From a virus, in IMG/VR virus record IMGVR_UViG_3300020420_000009, positions 1 through 64,000 of that record: 64,000 bases of DNA; one strand, 5' to 3'. Below, piece by piece: positions 29,770 to 38,667 of the stretch (position 1 is its first letter; each line of letters begins with the position of its first letter). The translations under genes and the position numbers were made by a program. The notes under the pieces were generated by a model. The model did no database searches. It worked only from the letters and a program-made list of their open reading frames with translations, and was not told where the DNA came from.

Positions 29770-31024
29770 TACAGTAAATGATAACAATACTTTAAACGAA
29801 TTTAGAAGTTCGTATAACACACTTGCAAATGAAGTGGGAACACTTACAGGTTTAAGAGGGTCATTAAAAAGTCCAAATACATTAGTAGATGCAATCAATG
29901 TCATTGAAGATAAAACATTCTTCTTTCAACAATTTGAATATGTTGCAACAGCTGGACAACAAGCATTCTCAGGTGCAGACTCAAATGGAAATGTTTTACA
30001 ATACAGACAAGGTAAAATACAAGTATATCTAAACGGAGTTCACCTTGTAGAAGGTGGGTCAGGAACAGCAGGTTATTCTGCACAGAACTTTGTATCACCA
30101 TTCCATACTGGTATATTAGTTAACGGTGCTACAAGTGCAAATGATGTTCTTACAATATATGCATATACTGGTTCTGCAACAGGAGTCGCTGCAGACGGTG
30201 GTGGCGGTGGAGGTAAGTTTACCGAAACAGCTGCAAATACAATCTACAATACTAATTCAGCAGGAGTGATTCTAAATGGAACATTAGCTGCAGCCACCTC
30301 ATTACAATCAGGATACCAAATACAGAATGAGGGTAATACTTTTATAAATGGTAATGTTAAAATAGATACAGGACATACCTTTGAGTCACCTTCCATGACA
30401 GACGGAACTGCAACAATTACAGGTGGAGTTGGAACAGGATTTAGTTCTATAACTTCAACAAGTTTTGTTGGTAATATAACAGGTAATGTCGTTGGAGATG
30501 TCACTGGTAATGTATCAGGAAGTGCTGGAACAGTATCTTCAATAACATCACATAATATTGAAAACTTAAGTAATGTCGATAATTCCACACCGTCAGACGG
30601 ACAAATATTAGTATATAATGCAAGTGGAAGTAAATATGTCCCAACAAACCAACAAACATCTGATACAGTCACAGAGGGTGGAACTAATCTCTATTTTACA
30701 GGAGAGAGAGTATTAGATTATCTATCAGGAACTACTACAGGTGGTGAAGGATTAATCGGTGGAACAGGTATATCTTTGTCATATGATGATGACAATAATC
30801 AATTGACTATTAACGGTTCTGCACAATATGGTAATTCAGATGTTCAATCATACTTAAGTGGTGGAGCTGGACTTGCAATGAGTGGTTCAGGTGCATTTAG
30901 TGTGAATACTTCAAACGGAGTGAAAATCGATGGTGACGATGTCGAATTAGATTATGAAATAGTATCTTCTGCACCAACTGGTGTCGGCTCGACAAGCGTA
31001 GGTCACCTTTGGTTAGTAGTATGA
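29762..31024 (+). CDS. Fibre/adaptor protein ending in a GHLW motif
   Basis: Gly/Ser/Thr-rich; contains an ATAGQ...VYLNGV domain and TDxxxEGxxNLYFT repeat; C-terminus SAPTGVGSTSVGHLWLVV. Confidence 0.7.
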   Translation: MANTVNDNNTLNEFRSSYNTLANEVGTLTGLRGSLKSPNTLVDAINVIEDKTFFFQQFEYVATAGQQAFSGADSNGNVLQYRQGKIQVYLNGVHLVEGGSGTAGYSAQNFVSPFHTGILVNGATSANDVLTIYAYTGSATGVAADGGGGGGKFTETAANTIYNTNSAGVILNGTLAAATSLQSGYQIQNEGNTFINGNVKIDTGHTFESPSMTDGTATITGGVGTGFSSITSTSFVGNITGNVVGDVTGNVSGSAGTVSSITSHNIENLSNVDNSTPSDGQILVYNASGSKYVPTNQQTSDTVTEGGTNLYFTGERVLDYLSGTTTGGEGLIGGTGISLSYDDDNNQLTINGSAQYGNSDVQSYLSGGAGLAMSGSGAFSVNTSNGVKIDGDDVELDYEIVSSAPTGVGSTSVGHLWLVV

Positions 31025-31025
31025 T

Positions 31026-32621
31026 ATGGCTGATGAAATATACATAAATCAAGGTTCCCAAGTTCAACAACCCTATCAGGGACAGATTGCCTATCAAGCA
31101 TTTGAAACAACTCAAAGAACTACACAACTTGGAGTAAACAGACAAGGACAACAACCTTTTCCTTTTATTGCTCAAAGTCCTTTTACATATAGAAACCCTG
31201 TTAATCAGCAACAACCTAATATTAGAGATGGACAGAACCCATTTACATATACAAGACAAGGTCAGTCACCGTTTACATACGACCACCAATCACCCTTTAC
31301 ATATAATAGTCAAAATGTTGCTAAGCAATCTTCGTATATTGCAAATGCACAACAACCATATCCGTATATTGCAAATGTTCAAGAACCTAATATCAGAAAT
31401 GCACAAACTACTATTCAAAATGTAAGTAAACAAAGTCCTTTTACATATGATTATCAATCGCCAGGCACTACACCTGTTCAAGGACAACAACCAGTAATTA
31501 GAGATAAACAAATAACTTACGGGAATAATGCAACAGGTCAAAGACCTCTTGCTCAAGGTGGGGTTCAAGCACCAAATAATATTCAAACACCATTTACATA
31601 TCAACATTTACAACCAAGAATGGGTGGATATCAAACTATACCTCAAGCATATCCAGGCCGATTCTATGATGATGATTCGCCAGGCTTTGCAACATATCAA
31701 TATCAGGTTCCAATTATTGCTCAGGCGAGACAACCAAGTCAATTCCAAGCAGCTAATGTGCAAACTCCAACTCCAGCAATTGCAAATTCACAGGCACCAT
31801 ATCCGTATATTGGTCAAGCACAACATTTAACATTTTATTTTAGTCCTAATACTGGTGAGGATTATCCATACAGAACACCAACACAAGCACAGGCTCAAGG
31901 AAGAACACCTTCTACATATCAAGTGCAGGCTAGAACACCGTCATTTACAACACAACAACCGTATCCTTACATACAATATTCTCAAGGCCCTACTACATAT
32001 GAACATAGGTCTCCGTTTACATATCAAACACCGACACAGGAACCTAATATTAGAGATGCAAGACAACCTGTAATATATCAACACCAACAACCAAGCACAT
32101 ATGATTATCAATCACCTAATACATATGCAAGACAAGGACAGACTCCTTTCACATATACTGCAAGACAACCTGTGATATATCAGAATGTTGGTGCAAGCGC
32201 ACAAGAACCAAACATTAGGTCAGGACAACAACCTTATCCATATATTGCACAGGGTAGACAACCATTTACATATAATTATAGGTCACCTTCAACATATCAG
32301 AGTCCTGTAAGTGGGCAACAACCAATTAATTCAACTGGTAGAAATCCATTTCCTTATATACACCAACAACCACAACCGTATATTTACAATTCACCATATA
32401 TTGCAAGACAACCATATACTACAACTAGAAATATAGGTGCTGTTGCAAAAGTTAAAGGTATATTTGTAAATAATCAAGGTGTAGTTGCAAAAGCACAAGA
32501 AGTATATGTGAATGCACCTCAAGGATTAGAAAAAGTTCACCAAGCAGTTCCAAATGCACAATTCTTAAAAGGAACAGAAGGTGACGGTGGACAAACACCA
32601 TATCAACCTGGCCCCGGCTAA
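31026..32621 (+). CDS. Gln/Pro/Tyr-rich repeat fibre protein 1
   Basis: Repeats QQPYPYIA, QEPNIR and QSPFTY; C-terminal VKGIFVNNQG...EVYVN module. Confidence 0.75.
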   Translation: MADEIYINQGSQVQQPYQGQIAYQAFETTQRTTQLGVNRQGQQPFPFIAQSPFTYRNPVNQQQPNIRDGQNPFTYTRQGQSPFTYDHQSPFTYNSQNVAKQSSYIANAQQPYPYIANVQEPNIRNAQTTIQNVSKQSPFTYDYQSPGTTPVQGQQPVIRDKQITYGNNATGQRPLAQGGVQAPNNIQTPFTYQHLQPRMGGYQTIPQAYPGRFYDDDSPGFATYQYQVPIIAQARQPSQFQAANVQTPTPAIANSQAPYPYIGQAQHLTFYFSPNTGEDYPYRTPTQAQAQGRTPSTYQVQARTPSFTTQQPYPYIQYSQGPTTYEHRSPFTYQTPTQEPNIRDARQPVIYQHQQPSTYDYQSPNTYARQGQTPFTYTARQPVIYQNVGASAQEPNIRSGQQPYPYIAQGRQPFTYNYRSPSTYQSPVSGQQPINSTGRNPFPYIHQQPQPYIYNSPYIARQPYTTTRNIGAVAKVKGIFVNNQGVVAKAQEVYVNAPQGLEKVHQAVPNAQFLKGTEGDGGQTPYQPGPG

Positions 32622-32628
32622 TAAAATA

Positions 32629-32636
32629 TATAAATA
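32629..32636 (+). promoter_or_regulatory. T4-type late promoter
   Basis: TATAAATA. Confidence 0.75.
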
Positions 32637-32641
32637 GTTTT

Positions 32642-32974
32642 ATGGCTATTATTGCAAACTTATTCATTGACCAAGGAACAGATTTTTCTATTACGGTAGA
32701 TGTGACTGATTCAGCGGGAACAGCATTAAATCTTACAGGATATTCTGCAGCTGCACAAATCAGAAAGACATATAGTTCTTCAACTGCCTCTGCAACATTC
32801 ACAACAAATATTGCAGCTGCAACTGGACAAGTGACTTTAAGTTTGACAGATACCGAAACTACTAATTTAGAAGCAGGTCGGTATGTATATGACCTAAATA
32901 TAAATAGTTCAGGTGGTCAAAAGACTAGAGTAGTCGAAGGACAAGCAACAGTGACCCCAGGCGTGACGAGGTAA
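32642..32974 (+). CDS. Small virion structural protein (BppU N-terminal-like)
   Basis: NLFIDQGTDF...LNLTGYSAAAQIRK...GRYVYD...RVVEGQATVTPGVT. Confidence 0.75.
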   Translation: MAIIANLFIDQGTDFSITVDVTDSAGTALNLTGYSAAAQIRKTYSSSTASATFTTNIAAATGQVTLSLTDTETTNLEAGRYVYDLNINSSGGQKTRVVEGQATVTPGVTR

Positions 32975-32976
32975 GT

Positions 32977-33189
32977 ATGGCAACAATTAAAGCAAGAGTA
33001 TTAAACAACAGTAATATCAGAGCAAAACAGGTCGCAATCGGTAATACCGATACGGTGAACTTATCAACAAAATCTATACAAGAACTTTCAGATGTCAATG
33101 CAACAGAGACAGATAAAGGAGTTCTTCAATATAACGCTTCTACAGATAAGTGGGAAACCACTAATGTTTTAGACGGCGGAACATTCTAA
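32977..33189 (+). CDS. Small fibre adaptor ending DGGTF
   Basis: LSDVN...GVLQYNASTDKW fibre repeat; C-terminus VLDGGTF. Confidence 0.7.
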   Translation: MATIKARVLNNSNIRAKQVAIGNTDTVNLSTKSIQELSDVNATETDKGVLQYNASTDKWETTNVLDGGTF

Positions 33190-33192
33190 AAG

Positions 33193-33305
33193 TATAAATA
33201 CTTATACAATCAAGGTGTCATTCAGTGAGACACGACCCTCATAGTGAGAGGATTGGTATATTATAATCTTTCTCGAATAGTGCAGAGAAAAATTTGCAAA
33301 TTTTT
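33193..33305 (+). promoter_or_regulatory. Late promoter followed by a structured 5' leader with three AGUG-loop hairpins
   Basis: TATAAATA at 33193-33200; gtgtc-attcagtga-gacac, cctc-atagtga-gagg and tttctc-gaatagtgca-gagaaa; closing stem tatacaatc/gattggtata. Confidence 0.6.
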
Positions 33306-33337
33306 AATATAAACAACTATTTTTTCAGGAGAAAAAA

Positions 33338-34774
33338 ATGGCAACAGTAATTCAGATTAAACGAAGCACAGGAGTGTCCGCCCCCGCAGTCTCAGACTTG
33401 TCGGAAGGCGAATTAGCTTATGTGCAAGATAGGTCTAATTCGGGTGCTGGAGCAAAACTTTACATAGAATCCGTAGATTCTGATAATTCAACTCCATTGA
33501 TTCATGCAATCGGTGGTAAATACTTTACTGATATTTTATCAGGTTCAACTGCAACACCAGCCAACTTTAAAGTTGGTAATAGTGCAACGCAGGGAGCTGA
33601 GATTCAGTTATTAGAAGATTCAGATAACGGTTCACATTATGTTGCATTGAAAGCACCTAACAGTGTGGCTGGAAATGTGACATTAACCTTGCCGGGCGCA
33701 GACGGTTCTAATGGACAAGTTTTGGGAACAGACGGAAGTGGAACCCTATCATTTATTTCGACAACCTCGACTCTTGCTGGTGCGTCAGACACAGATATAT
33801 CCTCACCTAGTGGTGGACATATCCTAGTCTACGATGGAAGTAATTCCTTCGACAATGTCGCAGTATCAGGAGACGCAACAATTGCATCTAACGGTGCATT
33901 AACAATAGCAAACACTGCTGTGGAAACAGCAATGATTGCAAATGACGCAGTCACACTAGACAAGATTGCAGATGCAGTTATCATTACAGAAGGAGAAGGT
34001 ATTTCTTCTAATGATGTGGACACAGGATTCCCAACAGCAGCTGCAGTTAAAGATTATGTTGATTCACAGGACACTGCTCAAGACTTGGATTTCCAAGCTG
34101 ATTCAGGTGGTGCCTTATCAATTGATTTAGACAGTGAAACCATGGTATTTGCTGGAACAGCAAATGAGATTACAACAACTGCATCAGGTAATACCGTCAC
34201 AATCGGTATGCCAGATAATGTCACTATCGCAGGAAACCTAACAGTAAGTGGAACAACTACTACAGTTAACTCTACAACAGTTAGTATTGCTGACCCAGTT
34301 TTTGAAATTGGTGACGATAGTTCAGACGACAACCTAGACAGAGGTATTAAATTCAAATACAACAGTTCAGGTGCAAAAGTTGGTTTCTTCGGTTTCGATG
34401 ATTCAACAGGTAAGTTCATAGCATTAGGAGCTGCAACAGACTCTTCTTCAACATTCTCAGGAACAGCATTAGGTGCAGTTTTTGGTGGATTAGAAGCTTC
34501 AGGTCTTGCTCTTTCAGGTTCTATTACTTCTATTGACGGGTCTGCTCCAACAGCAGGTCAGTTGTTAATTGGTCACGGTTCAAACGGTGACTTTGCAGCT
34601 GGAACCCTAACAGCAGGAGAAGGTATAGATGTGACTAATGCAGACGGTAGTATCACAATCGCAGGTGAAGATGCATCAACCTCTAATAAAGGTATAGCAA
34701 GTTTTGCAAGTGCAAACTTTACAGTGAGTAGTGGTGCAGTATCAATAACTGCTATTGACGGCGGAACATTTTAA
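33338..34774 (+). CDS. Fibre protein with an Mtd_N-like N-terminus and C-terminal DGGTF
   Basis: [10 protein letters not shown]...LSEGELAY; [16 protein letters not shown] module; ends IDGGTF; AGGAG RBS. Confidence 0.75.
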   Translation: MATVIQIKRSTGVSAPAVSDLSEGELAYVQDRSNSGAGAKLYIESVDSDNSTPLIHAIGGKYFTDILSGSTATPANFKVGNSATQGAEIQLLEDSDNGSHYVALKAPNSVAGNVTLTLPGADGSNGQVLGTDGSGTLSFISTTSTLAGASDTDISSPSGGHILVYDGSNSFDNVAVSGDATIASNGALTIANTAVETAMIANDAVTLDKIADAVIITEGEGISSNDVDTGFPTAAAVKDYVDSQDTAQDLDFQADSGGALSIDLDSETMVFAGTANEITTTASGNTVTIGMPDNVTIAGNLTVSGTTTTVNSTTVSIADPVFEIGDDSSDDNLDRGIKFKYNSSGAKVGFFGFDDSTGKFIALGAATDSSSTFSGTALGAVFGGLEASGLALSGSITSIDGSAPTAGQLLIGHGSNGDFAAGTLTAGEGIDVTNADGSITIAGEDASTSNKGIASFASANFTVSSGAVSITAIDGGTF

Positions 34775-34800
34775 TTAACCGTTTATAGGAGGAAAACGAT

Positions 34801-35628
34801 ATGGCAACTCAGATACAGTTTAAGCGTTCATCAACTCAGAATGAAGTGCCCGCAACAAGTGATTTAGCACTTGGTGAAGTGGCAATCAATACCTATCATG
34901 GTAGAATGTATACAGAGAAAAATGATGGAAGTGCAGCTATAGTTCAGATTGGGTCTAACCCAACTTCACTAACTGTTAATGATGCATATTCTTTTCCAAC
35001 CGCTGACGGTTCTAGTGGTCAAGTCTTAAAAACTGACGGTTCAGGAACATTAAGTTTCGGAGCTGCAAGTAGTGGAGCTGGTATATCTATTTTTAAATAT
35101 ACTATATCTTCAAACACTACTTCGATAACTGGTAATGACGATGACGGAAACTCTCTATCCTACACAGTAGGTTCAGAGCAAGTTTACCTCAACGGTGTTA
35201 AACTGGTTGACGCAGGAACAGACTATACTGCCACAAATACATCAACCGTCACTTTGGCACAGAATGCTATAAGTGGAGATGTAGTAGAAGTTGTATCCGT
35301 GACTGCAACTGATTTAGTTCAAGGGAACTATACAGAAAGTTCATTCTCGGCAACAACTGCAAACCAAGTATTATCAGCAAACGCGGTTGCCAATAAGGCA
35401 ATCAAGTATGTGATAGTCGCAACACATGCTTCTGCAGGCACACATGCTTGTGAAGTGTTAATAGTAAACAATGGAAGTAATTCATATTTCGTTCAATACG
35501 GTGATGTGATTTCAAGTTCCAGTTTGTTTTCACTGAGTTCAGATATTAATTCAGGAAACATGAGATTACTCATTACTCCAGTTAATACAAATACTACAGT
35601 GGATACATTCCAAATCAGACTTACATAG
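34801..35628 (+). CDS. Fibre adaptor: Mtd_N-like N-terminus, VYLNGV domain and C-terminal beta-sandwich
   Basis: MATQIQFKRS...LALGEVAINT; VYLNGVKL...DYTATN; KYVIVA...EVLIV...QYG. Confidence 0.7.
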   Translation: MATQIQFKRSSTQNEVPATSDLALGEVAINTYHGRMYTEKNDGSAAIVQIGSNPTSLTVNDAYSFPTADGSSGQVLKTDGSGTLSFGAASSGAGISIFKYTISSNTTSITGNDDDGNSLSYTVGSEQVYLNGVKLVDAGTDYTATNTSTVTLAQNAISGDVVEVVSVTATDLVQGNYTESSFSATTANQVLSANAVANKAIKYVIVATHASAGTHACEVLIVNNGSNSYFVQYGDVISSSSLFSLSSDINSGNMRLLITPVNTNTTVDTFQIRLT

Positions 35629-35638
35629 GGGGATATAA

Positions 35639-36049
35639 ATGGCAATAACTAAAGCTTTTAAACTTGCAGAACTTATCCGACATATAGAGTATGATTCTAC
35701 AGACGATGTAATTAAAACGAGTAAACCAACTCAAGATAAAAATACAAAGAAAGGAAGTGATACTAAAACTTCTACTTCTCAATTTAGTCTTGATACATTT
35801 GCTCATGCAACCTACAGGGCTGCAAGATACATAGTTGCAATGTCAGAAGGAACTAATTTCCATTCTACTGAAATCATGTTGATTCATGACGGAACAACAG
35901 TGACAATCACACAGTATGGTATACTCAAGGATACTACACTTGCCACATTTGATGCAGACATTAATGGCTCAAATGTTAGACTATTATGCACTCCTGCTTC
36001 TACAAACTCGACAGTAATCAAGTTTGACAGAACAGTAGTGGACGCATAA
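35639..36049 (+). CDS. Virion structural protein, paralogous to the C-terminal domain of the preceding gene
   Basis: LDTF...YRAARYIV...HSTEIMLIHDGT...TQYG...VRLL; N-terminus MAITKAFKLA. Confidence 0.7.
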   Translation: MAITKAFKLAELIRHIEYDSTDDVIKTSKPTQDKNTKKGSDTKTSTSQFSLDTFAHATYRAARYIVAMSEGTNFHSTEIMLIHDGTTVTITQYGILKDTTLATFDADINGSNVRLLCTPASTNSTVIKFDRTVVDA

Positions 36050-36055
36050 GTTCTT

Positions 36056-36082
36056 AAGGGGGTCAATCGACCCCCTTTTTTT
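36056..36082 (+). terminator. Rho-independent terminator
   Basis: aagggggtc-aatc-gaccccctt followed by a T run. Confidence 0.85.
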
Positions 36083-36152
36083 CATATTTCTTTTTTCTTT
36101 AGACACCCCAATCTCATAAATAATCAAGTAAAACTTAAATTGAGGACACTAA

Positions 36153-36413
36153 ATGGCAACTACAAATACTTTTGTTATTGAATACGGGATAAGTGTCGGG
36201 TCAACAGAGGTTATCAATAGCTCAGGTAAATTACAAGCGAGTGCAATCAGCACTCTAGATACGGATAATCTTTCAGAGGGTTCGACAAATCAATATTTCA
36301 CGAATGCAAGAGCAAGAGGAGCAATCTCACTTGCAAGTGGAGAAACTAATTTATCATATAATTCTTCAAATGGAGAATTGAGTTTGCCAACAGTTAATGG
36401 AGGCTCGTTCTAA
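36153..36413 (+). CDS. Small fibre adaptor ending NGGSF
   Basis: N-terminus paralogous to the next gene (FVIEYGISVGSTEVINSSG); one TDNLSEGSTNQYFTNARAR repeat. Confidence 0.7.
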   Translation: MATTNTFVIEYGISVGSTEVINSSGKLQASAISTLDTDNLSEGSTNQYFTNARARGAISLASGETNLSYNSSNGELSLPTVNGGSF

Positions 36414-38641
36414 TGGCAGATGTAAACTTTAAAATTAAAAATGGTCTATCCGTAGGGGATACCGAGGTATTAGACAGCTCAGGTGATTTAACTGCAGCTG
36501 CATTCGGAACTGCAGCCCTAGAAAAAATAGATGACCAAGTAAACTCTTTACTAACAGCAGGTTCAGGAATATCATTATCATATGATGATTCAGCAGGAAC
36601 ATTAACAGTCACGAGAGACGCAGAGACAGGAGACATTGAAGGAGTCACTGCTGGAGACGGACTTTCAGGTGGTGGAACAAGTGGAACAGTATCACTTGCA
36701 TTAGACCTAAACGAATTAACAGCTGCAACAGTAGATGTATCTGCCGATAGTATACCATTCATAGATGGCACTGCAACAAGAAAAGAAAGTATTTCAGATT
36801 TAGTATCAGGAATGGCTGGAACAAATTTAACTGCAAGTTCAGGAACATTAGGAATTGCAGATTCAGTTATTAGAGGAAAGATTAGTGCAAGTGGAGATTT
36901 ATCATATAACTCTTCAACTGGTGTAATATCATTTACAAATGACGCTGGTGACATAGAAAGTGTTGTTGCTGGTTCAGGTTTAACAGGCGGTGGCACATCA
37001 GGAGATGTCACACTAAATGTTATAGGTGGTGACGGTATTACTGCAAATGCAAACGATATTGCATTATCTTCATCAGTTGCAGGCGACAATCTTTCATATA
37101 GTTCAGGTGTCCTAGCAGTAGAACAAAATTTAACAAATTCTTCTGCACCATATTATCATAGGTCAATAGTCACCGTATCAAGTGGTAAATTCTTATTTGA
37201 CGGTCAATCGTCCTCACAAGCTTTAAGACTAACACCAAATGTAGTCTATAGATTTGACCAATCAGATAGTTCAAACGGTTCACACCCATTAAGATTCTCT
37301 GAATCAGCAGACGGTTCAGAAATGACAGACGGTTATTTAATCTATAACAAAGTTGGAACTCCAGGCTCTAGTGGTTCATATACAGAAGTTGCATTCGACC
37401 AAGAATCAAACAATCCTATGTATTTCTACTGTTCAAATCACAGTGGAATGGGTAATACAGTTATACTTGGTGGTGCAGAGAATACAGATTCATTAGACGA
37501 AGGTTCGAGTAATCTTTATCATACCACTGCAAGAGCAAGAGCAGCTATAAGTGCTGGTGGTGACTTATCATACAACAGCACAACTGGTGTAATGAGTTTC
37601 ACAAACGATGCTGGAGACATATCATCAGTCGTTGCTGGAGACGGTTTAACAGGTGGTGGAACAACAGGAGATGTCACACTTGCAGTTCAAGTAGATGATA
37701 GTTCTATAGAAACAGATTCAGATACATTAAGAGTAAAAGCAAGTGGTATAACAAATGCCATGTTAGCAGGTTCGATTGCAAATGATAAACTTGCTGGTTC
37801 GATTGCAAACGCAAAACTTGCAAATAGTTCTATAACTCTAAACTCTAATACAGTTGCATTAGGTAATTCACTTACATTAGATACAGACGATATCGGTGAG
37901 GGTTCAAGTGCCCAATATCATACAACAGAAAGAGTTCAAGATGTAGTTGGAGCTCAGATTGCAACTAATGGTTCACATACAAATATTACTGCAAGTTATG
38001 ACGACGCTGGAGACGGTGCAGTCGACTTATCAATCACAGATGCAGTAATCAGAGGTAAAATATCTGTCACAGATTCAGGTGGAGACGGTTCACTTGCATA
38101 TAATAACTCTACTGGTGTAATAACATATACTGGCCCAAGTGCTTCAGAAGTAAGAGCTCACATAAGTGCTGGAACTGGTGTAGGATTCTCAGGTGGTGCA
38201 GTTAGTATTGGACAGGCAGTTGGAACAAGTGATAATGTGACCTTTAACAATTTGGTTGTAGGTGGAAACCTAACAGTCAGTGGAACTACTTCAACAGTTA
38301 GTTCTACAAATACAACAATTTCAGATGCACTTATAGAATTAGGAAATGGAACATCAGGTTCTCCTTCAAATGACGCAGGTTTGGTTATTGAAAGAGGAAG
38401 TTCAGATAATGTGTTTATAGGTTGGGACGAAAGTGCAGACGCAATCACATTCGGAACAGGTTCATTTACTGGTGCTTCAACAGGTAATTTAACAATTACC
38501 CCAAGTGCAGTTAACACTGGTGCAGTCACAATTACAAATGCAACAAATAATGGTGGAACTGCAAGAAACATATATCAGTCAACCTCTGCACCTAGTGGTT
38601 CAGACGGAGCAGTTGGTGATTTATGGATTCTATACTCCTAA
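36413..38641 (+). CDS. Long fibre protein with a cupredoxin-like insert, ending GDLW
   Basis: GDIxxVxAGxGLxGGG repeats; HPLRFS...YFYCSNHSGMG; C-terminus SAPSGSDGAVGDLWILYS. Confidence 0.75.
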   Translation: MADVNFKIKNGLSVGDTEVLDSSGDLTAAAFGTAALEKIDDQVNSLLTAGSGISLSYDDSAGTLTVTRDAETGDIEGVTAGDGLSGGGTSGTVSLALDLNELTAATVDVSADSIPFIDGTATRKESISDLVSGMAGTNLTASSGTLGIADSVIRGKISASGDLSYNSSTGVISFTNDAGDIESVVAGSGLTGGGTSGDVTLNVIGGDGITANANDIALSSSVAGDNLSYSSGVLAVEQNLTNSSAPYYHRSIVTVSSGKFLFDGQSSSQALRLTPNVVYRFDQSDSSNGSHPLRFSESADGSEMTDGYLIYNKVGTPGSSGSYTEVAFDQESNNPMYFYCSNHSGMGNTVILGGAENTDSLDEGSSNLYHTTARARAAISAGGDLSYNSTTGVMSFTNDAGDISSVVAGDGLTGGGTTGDVTLAVQVDDSSIETDSDTLRVKASGITNAMLAGSIANDKLAGSIANAKLANSSITLNSNTVALGNSLTLDTDDIGEGSSAQYHTTERVQDVVGAQIATNGSHTNITASYDDAGDGAVDLSITDAVIRGKISVTDSGGDGSLAYNNSTGVITYTGPSASEVRAHISAGTGVGFSGGAVSIGQAVGTSDNVTFNNLVVGGNLTVSGTTSTVSSTNTTISDALIELGNGTSGSPSNDAGLVIERGSSDNVFIGWDESADAITFGTGSFTGASTGNLTITPSAVNTGAVTITNATNNGGTARNIYQSTSAPSGSDGAVGDLWILYS

Positions 38642-38667
38642 TAAATAGGAGACATACAGGATAATTT

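Noticed and set aside
33338-35628. Diversity-generating retroelement suggested by Mtd_N-like domains
   Set aside because: No reverse transcriptase and no template/variable repeat pair differing at adenines were seen in the window.
23896-38571. Numerous antisense ORFs over the structural genes
   Set aside because: Expected mirror frames of Gly/Ser/Thr/Ala-rich genes; no promoters, RBSs or recognisable motifs.
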